Source: Archangium sp. (lineage in GTDB: Bacteria; Myxococcota; Myxococcia; Myxococcales; Myxococcaceae). Taken from it: DNA of 11,420 bases. The stretch spans positions 1-11,420 of the forward strand of contig JANLPS010000191.1 in the NCBI GenBank assembly GCA_031367385.1, given 5' to 3'. The translations under genes and the position numbers were made by a program. The notes below the pieces were generated by a model, which was given only the letters and a program-made list of their open reading frames with translations, ran no database searches and was not told where the DNA came from. Shown here in pieces: positions 7,173-11,420 of this stretch. Numbering within the stretch: the first letter of the stretch is position 1; each line of letters opens with the position of its first letter.

Positions 7173-8273
7173 TCAGACCGCGCCCGATTCAGAGACCGCC
7201 ATCGAGGCCGGTACCGGCACGCGTTGGCGAGAGACCTCGGCCAGCAGCACGCCAGCCGACACCGAGGCGTTGAGCGAAGCGACCTTGCCAACCATGGGTA
7301 TCTGCACGCGAAAATCGCACTGCTTCATCACGCCATCGCGAACGCCAGGCCCTTCAGCGCCGACGACGACGACGATTGGGCCTTTGAGATCAGCCGCCCA
7401 CAAGGTGCGGTCGCCCTCAGGGTCAGCTGCAACGGTCCAAAAGTCGGCCTTCTTCAACTCTTCGAGCGCGCGCGAAATATTCGTCACCCGTGCGACCGGG
7501 CAGTACTCGATCGCACCCGCTGACGACTTGGCAACGACGCCGGTCACACCAGCGGCGCGATCGCGAGCGATCACCACGCCGTGCGCGCCGAAGGCATGGG
7601 CCGAGCGAATGATCGCGCCGAGGTTGTGCGGGTCTTGAATGCCGTCGAGCACCACGAACAGCGGCGAGCGCCCCGAGCCCTTGGCGATTTTGCTCAGCTG
7701 ATCGAGCTCGAGGTAATCGAATTGGCGCACCTCGGCCGCGAGGCCCTGGTGCACGCCGCCATCTGACATCGCCGCCAAGCGATCGCGATCGACCTTGTCG
7801 ACCCGAATGCCAGCGTCGCGTACGCGGGTGAAGACCTCGGCGGCGACCTTGGGGCCGAGCCCTCCGTCTTGCATCAAGATGCGCTCGATGCGGTCGGGGT
7901 TGGCTCGTAGGGCTTCGAGCACCGGGTTCACGCCCCAAATGAAGCGGCCGTCGTCACTGGCCCGCGGAGCCAATTCACGCGCAGGGGCCTCGGCCCGAGC
8001 AGGTGCCACTTCACGATTTCGTTCGCGGTCTTGCCGCGCCGCCGAAGGGCCTCGGCTGGGGCGCTCATCGCGCTTGAACCGGTCTCTCGACGAGAAAGAG
8101 CGAGTGCCCTTCGAGTCTTTGCGATCGAACCGGCCACCTGCCCGCGCGCCAGGGCGTTTACCGCCCGCCGCCGCCGAAGGTCGCTTGCCACCGGCCGCGT
8201 AGGGCCGCTTGCCAGCACCACCGGTTCGCTTCTCGCCACCACCACTGCCACTGCTTCGTCCTCCGCGCTTCAA
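7173..8273 (-). CDS. rlmB: 23S rRNA (guanosine-2251-2'-O)-methyltransferase RlmB (SpoU/TrmH SPOUT family) with a long R/G-rich N-terminal extension; start uncertain
   Basis: IWGVNPVLEAL, HQG, LDGIQDPHNLGAIIRSA, VGAEGPG and IPMVGKVASLNASVSAG motifs. The proposed TTG start at 8273 overlaps the upstream TGA (TTGA) and is preceded by GGAGGT. Confidence 0.88.
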   Translation of the reverse strand: MKRGGRSSGSGGGEKRTGGAGKRPYAAGGKRPSAAAGGKRPGARAGGRFDRKDSKGTRSFSSRDRFKRDERPSRGPSAARQDRERNREVAPARAEAPARELAPRASDDGRFIWGVNPVLEALRANPDRIERILMQDGGLGPKVAAEVFTRVRDAGIRVDKVDRDRLAAMSDGGVHQGLAAEVRQFDYLELDQLSKIAKGSGRSPLFVVLDGIQDPHNLGAIIRSAHAFGAHGVVIARDRAAGVTGVVAKSSAGAIEYCPVARVTNISRALEELKKADFWTVAADPEGDRTLWAADLKGPIVVVVGAEGPGVRDGVMKQCDFRVQIPMVGKVASLNASVSAGVLLAEVSRQRVPVPASMAVSESGAV

Positions 8274-8719
8274 TTGACCTCCACCGGCAAGCTCAGTTTC
8301 TTGGTTTGCCGCGAGCAGAGCGACTCGGTGCAAATGAAAAAGGTCATCTTGGCATCGACCGAGGTCTTGCCCTGCGTGCTCGGCGTGAACCCGACCTCGA
8401 AGCGAGGGTTCGGGTAGTCTTTCGCGGCTTTGGCCTTCTTGTTGAGCGAGTCGGCGAGCGTGACCTTCTCTTGATCGAGCTTCGATTCTTTGCTCGACAG
8501 GTCGATGCGCAGCGGAGCCTCGTCAGACACATGCGCCCCGTTCTTCGCGCGAATCGAGATCACGACCTTGCCCTTCTCGCCCGCCTTCATCTTGGTGGTC
8601 GTACCCTCTGTGCTCACGTCGTACATCGACGCGATGTCGGGCCCGCTCGAGGGCTCCACGTCAGCAGCGCACGCCGTGGCGGCGATCAACACAAGGGCAA
8701 CGAAAAGAAGTCTCTTCAT
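8270..8719 (-). CDS. Exported or lipo-protein with a C-terminal C-x4-C motif; resembles a stand-alone DsbD N-terminal (Ig-like) domain
   Basis: MKRLLFVALVLIAATAC signal peptide with an imperfect lipobox, alternating beta-strand pattern, GAHV and TFFICTESLC motifs. The start was moved to ATG 8719 on signal-peptide grounds. The CDS is confident; the fold is an inference. Confidence 0.7.
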   Translation of the reverse strand: MKRLLFVALVLIAATACAADVEPSSGPDIASMYDVSTEGTTTKMKAGEKGKVVISIRAKNGAHVSDEAPLRIDLSSKESKLDQEKVTLADSLNKKAKAAKDYPNPRFEVGFTPSTQGKTSVDAKMTFFICTESLCSRQTKKLSLPVEVN

Positions 8720-8739
8720 GTCTTTTGACTCTCTCATGT

Positions 8740-9621
8740 TCACGAACCCCGAGCGACCACTTCAGCCCGAGCGATGATCGCGGTGGCGAGGTCGACGCCG
8801 GTGGCCCGCTCCATTTCTGGCAGCGCCGGAGACGCGTTGACCTCGAACACCTTCGGGGCACTCTTCTTTAACTCGAGCACATCGACCGCGCAGACCTCGA
8901 GGCCGCAGATGGTGGCCGCCCGCTCGGCGGTGTGCCGCAGCTCCTCAGAAGGCTCAATCGCCTCGAGCCGCGCGATTCGCGACAGCGTGCGCGCCAAACG
9001 GCCGGGTTTGGGCACTCGCGTGACCGCTGCGATGGTCTTGCCGCCCACTACGAAAACGCGCACATCGCGCCCTGCCCGCTTCACGTACTCCTGCATCACG
9101 ATTTCGTGGCCCAGCCCCAGCACCGCCTCGAGCGAGGCTTCGAGTGACTGCTCAGACTCGCAGACCATCAACCCACGGCGCTCGGCGCCTTGCACCAGCT
9201 TCACCAGCACTGGCAGCCCGCCGACCAGGCCGAGCATGGCGAGCAGCTCTTTCGAGTCGCGCGACATCACGGTGGCGGGTATGGCGACCCCGTTCGACGC
9301 CAGGAGCTGAAGGCAGCGCGCCGGGTTTCGCGACTGACCGATGGCCCGCGCGGAGTTGAGCAGCTTGGCCCCCCGGCTCTCGAATTGATCGACCACCGGC
9401 AAGCCGTAGCTGGCGACCGAGGCCGCGATTCGGGGGATGACGACGTCGACCCGGCCGACCCGCTTGCGGTTGTAGAGCAGCTCGACCTGCCGGCTGTCGA
9501 GGTAGAGCTGCACGTCGAGGGGGTTGATCACCGAGATGTGATGCCCCCTGGCCCTCGCGGCCTCGACCAGTCGCTTGGTCGACGAAATTCGGCGCGAACG
9601 CGAGAGAACGACGAGCTTCAC
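8740..9621 (-). CDS. RimK-family ATP-grasp protein with degenerate active-site loops (293 aa; start GTG 9621)
   Basis: Colinear with RimK: LSR...STKRLVEAARARGH, DVVIPRI, VGGLPVLVKL, QEY, DVRVFVVG, VD, EVNASP, TGVDLA. With the GTG 9621 start the first 150 residues align without gaps to the recalled E. coli RimK sequence. Confidence 0.88.
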   Translation of the reverse strand: MKLVVLSRSRRISSTKRLVEAARARGHHISVINPLDVQLYLDSRQVELLYNRKRVGRVDVVIPRIAASVASYGLPVVDQFESRGAKLLNSARAIGQSRNPARCLQLLASNGVAIPATVMSRDSKELLAMLGLVGGLPVLVKLVQGAERRGLMVCESEQSLEASLEAVLGLGHEIVMQEYVKRAGRDVRVFVVGGKTIAAVTRVPKPGRLARTLSRIARLEAIEPSEELRHTAERAATICGLEVCAVDVLELKKSAPKVFEVNASPALPEMERATGVDLATAIIARAEVVARGS

Positions 9622-9725
9622 AGGGTGCCGCCTATACCCTGCTGGCCCGCCGATGCCACCTCGCGTGCACAACAGCGGTGATGAACATGCGGAAAAAGCC
9701 GAGACCGGTGCTAGGTTTTCGACCC

Positions 9726-10958
9726 ATGATGCGCGCGTTCTTCGTGACTCCGATTGTGGTCTTGGCGGCCTGTCAGACCTACGACTTCGAGCGGGTCGAC
9801 CCGCTGGCCATTCAACAGACCACCCAGAGCGAGCCCATTGGCGGTCGTCAGCTCAAGCCCAACCTGATGCTCTTGCTCGACAAATCGGGCTCGATGAGCA
9901 CGCCCATCTCGGCTTCGGCGCCGGGGTGCCCCGCGGGGTGCGGCTCAGGCAGCCCCTGCCCGGCTGGCTGCCCGACCCGAATCAGTGAGCTGCGGAGCTC
10001 GATGGCCGCCTTTCTGCCCAGCGCCGGCACCATCGCTCGAATGGGGCTCGGGCTCTTCCCCATCGACAAGGTGTGTGGTGTGCCGACCGACCTGTCGGTG
10101 CCACTGCCGCCGCCCTCGGGGGCCGACGACAAGGCGTCAGACGATGCCAACGTGGCCCAGGTGGCGGCCATCAACAGCGCGATTCAAGCCGCGATGCCCA
10201 ACGGCGGTACCCCGACCAACCTGTCGCTGCGTTTCGTGGGCCGGAGCGAAGGCCTTCTGCAGAACGACAACCGCCAAGACTTCGTGCTGCTCCTCACCGA
10301 CGGCGTGCCGAACTGCAACGACATGAACGTCAACAACTGCTGCGCCGATGACCGCAACTGCGCGGCGCCGAACCCGTGCGCCTGCACCACCGCCACCGGC
10401 TCATGCGTCAGCGGCCTCTGCGCGCTCGGCTGCCTCGATCGCCAGGGCGTCGTCGAAGCCGTGCAGGAGCTCCGCAGCAAGAGCATCAAGACCATCGTGA
10501 TCGGCTTCGGCATCGGTGAAGTGCTCAGCGCCGATCAAAAGGGTGCCCCCGACATTCTCAACGCGATGGCCGAGGCGGGTGGTTTCCCCCGGCAGTGCGC
10601 CAACGACGCGGCGTGCGGCATGGGCGACAAGTGCACCATCGCCGCTGGGCAGATGACCGGCGTGTGCAATCAGAAGTACTTTCGCGCGACCAACGGCTCC
10701 GAGCTCAACGCCGCGCTCAAGGCGATCTCAGACGGCATCAACAACACCAGCATCTGCGAGCGGCCCCTCGAGACGCAGCCTCAGAGCGAGAAGTACCTGG
10801 CCGTCATCGTCGATGGCGTGAACCAGACCCCGGGGCCCGAGACCTGGGCGTACACCGGCGGCAAGGTCGTCTTTCAAGGCGCGTCGTGTGAGAAGCTCAA
10901 GGCCGCGACCATCAACGCGCCGATCAAGGTCGAGATTCGCATCGTCAAAGTGCTCTAA
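9726..10958 (+). CDS. cglB: Adventurous gliding motility lipoprotein CglB-like (Cys-rich VWA adhesin, ~410 aa; start ATG 9726 or 9729)
   Basis: Lipobox LAAC followed by QTYDFERVDPLAIQQT, which matches my recollection of the myxobacterial CglB N-terminus. Intact MIDAS (DKSGS, GGTPT, LLTDG), VIGFG strand and 21 Cys. Confidence 0.85.
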   Translation: MMRAFFVTPIVVLAACQTYDFERVDPLAIQQTTQSEPIGGRQLKPNLMLLLDKSGSMSTPISASAPGCPAGCGSGSPCPAGCPTRISELRSSMAAFLPSAGTIARMGLGLFPIDKVCGVPTDLSVPLPPPSGADDKASDDANVAQVAAINSAIQAAMPNGGTPTNLSLRFVGRSEGLLQNDNRQDFVLLLTDGVPNCNDMNVNNCCADDRNCAAPNPCACTTATGSCVSGLCALGCLDRQGVVEAVQELRSKSIKTIVIGFGIGEVLSADQKGAPDILNAMAEAGGFPRQCANDAACGMGDKCTIAAGQMTGVCNQKYFRATNGSELNAALKAISDGINNTSICERPLETQPQSEKYLAVIVDGVNQTPGPETWAYTGGKVVFQGASCEKLKAATINAPIKVEIRIVKVL

Positions 10959-10970
10959 AGCCAAAGCCGC

Positions 10971-11369
10971 TTAGAACGAAATGACCTGGGCGCCTTCAGT
11001 GAGGCGCCAAATCGACGGCAAGCCCATCACCTCGTCAAGCGAGCCCGATTGTTCGAGCTCCGAGGGCACCAGGCCGCACAACTTCACGGTGGTATCGCAG
11101 GCCACGACCCTGGCGCCCAGCTGCCGGGAGTCTTCGAGCATGCTGGTCGGGCTGGGGGCTCCGAGGCCCTGACTTCGAGTGACTTCGCTGGCTTGCCGCT
11201 CGGTCAAAGGCTTGCCGAAGGTGCCATTGGCGACTGCCCGCAGCGCGTCAAAGGCCAAGACGAACACGACTTCATCGCCCATGGCGACGGCGGTCAGGCC
11301 AAGAGACGTCGCCTGCCAGGCGGCTTCGTACCCAGCGGTCTGCACGAAAAACACGACGCGGCCTGACAC
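10971..11369 (-). CDS. DsrE/DsrF-like family protein (start GTG 11369 or 11378)
   Basis: ~130 aa with the DsrE-type pattern: helix with 'AVAMGDEVVFVLAFDAL', 'LGARVVACDTT...CG', 'DEVMGLPSI' and a terminal beta strand. Confidence 0.7.
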   Translation of the reverse strand: MSGRVVFFVQTAGYEAAWQATSLGLTAVAMGDEVVFVLAFDALRAVANGTFGKPLTERQASEVTRSQGLGAPSPTSMLEDSRQLGARVVACDTTVKLCGLVPSELEQSGSLDEVMGLPSIWRLTEGAQVISF

Positions 11370-11420
11370 GAGGCTCACTCTACTCCAGTGGCTGCGGCTA
11401 GTGTGTATTTCCCAAGGTGG

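Noticed and set aside
6418..7291. Small ORFs across the tRNA cluster (and those at 4861-5181 over tRNA-Trp and rpmG)
   Set aside because: These are translations of tRNA genes or antisense frames, not proteins.
8774..9681. Plus-strand ORFs (178 and 163 aa) opposite the RimK-like gene
   Set aside because: Antisense shadows; the minus-strand frame has clear family motifs.
9678..9725. Extra N-terminal 16 codons on cglB
   Set aside because: They would give an over-long lipoprotein signal. ATG 9726/9729 gives a normal one, and the region looks like promoter DNA.

Overview
This is a conserved housekeeping region of a myxobacterial (probably Myxococcaceae/Cystobacterineae-like) chromosome. About 9.6 kb reads on the minus strand. 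In transcription order it holds a degenerate RimK-like ATP-grasp gene, an exported nDsbD-like C-x4-C protein, rlmB with a long disordered N-terminus, tRNA-Thr(UGU), tRNA-Tyr, tRNA-Gly, tRNA-Thr(GGU), tuf, rpmG, tRNA-Trp, secE, nusG, rplK, rplA, rplJ, rplL and the 5' part of rpoB. Divergent on the plus strand is a Cys-rich VWA lipoprotein that looks like the gliding-motility adhesin CglB, followed by a convergent DsrE-like gene. rpoB and rpmG are absent from the ORF track and were translated by hand. I see no mobile element, CRISPR array or defence system. The best candidates for something undescribed are: (i) the RimK paralog, which has lost the equivalents of K100 and both glycine-rich loops, and its operon partners; (ii) two tRNA genes without encoded CCA, one only 3 nt from the next tRNA; (iii) an L10 leader with a ~100-nt insertion; (iv) possible leaderless transcription of three accessory genes. 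All family assignments come from recalled motifs, not database searches.
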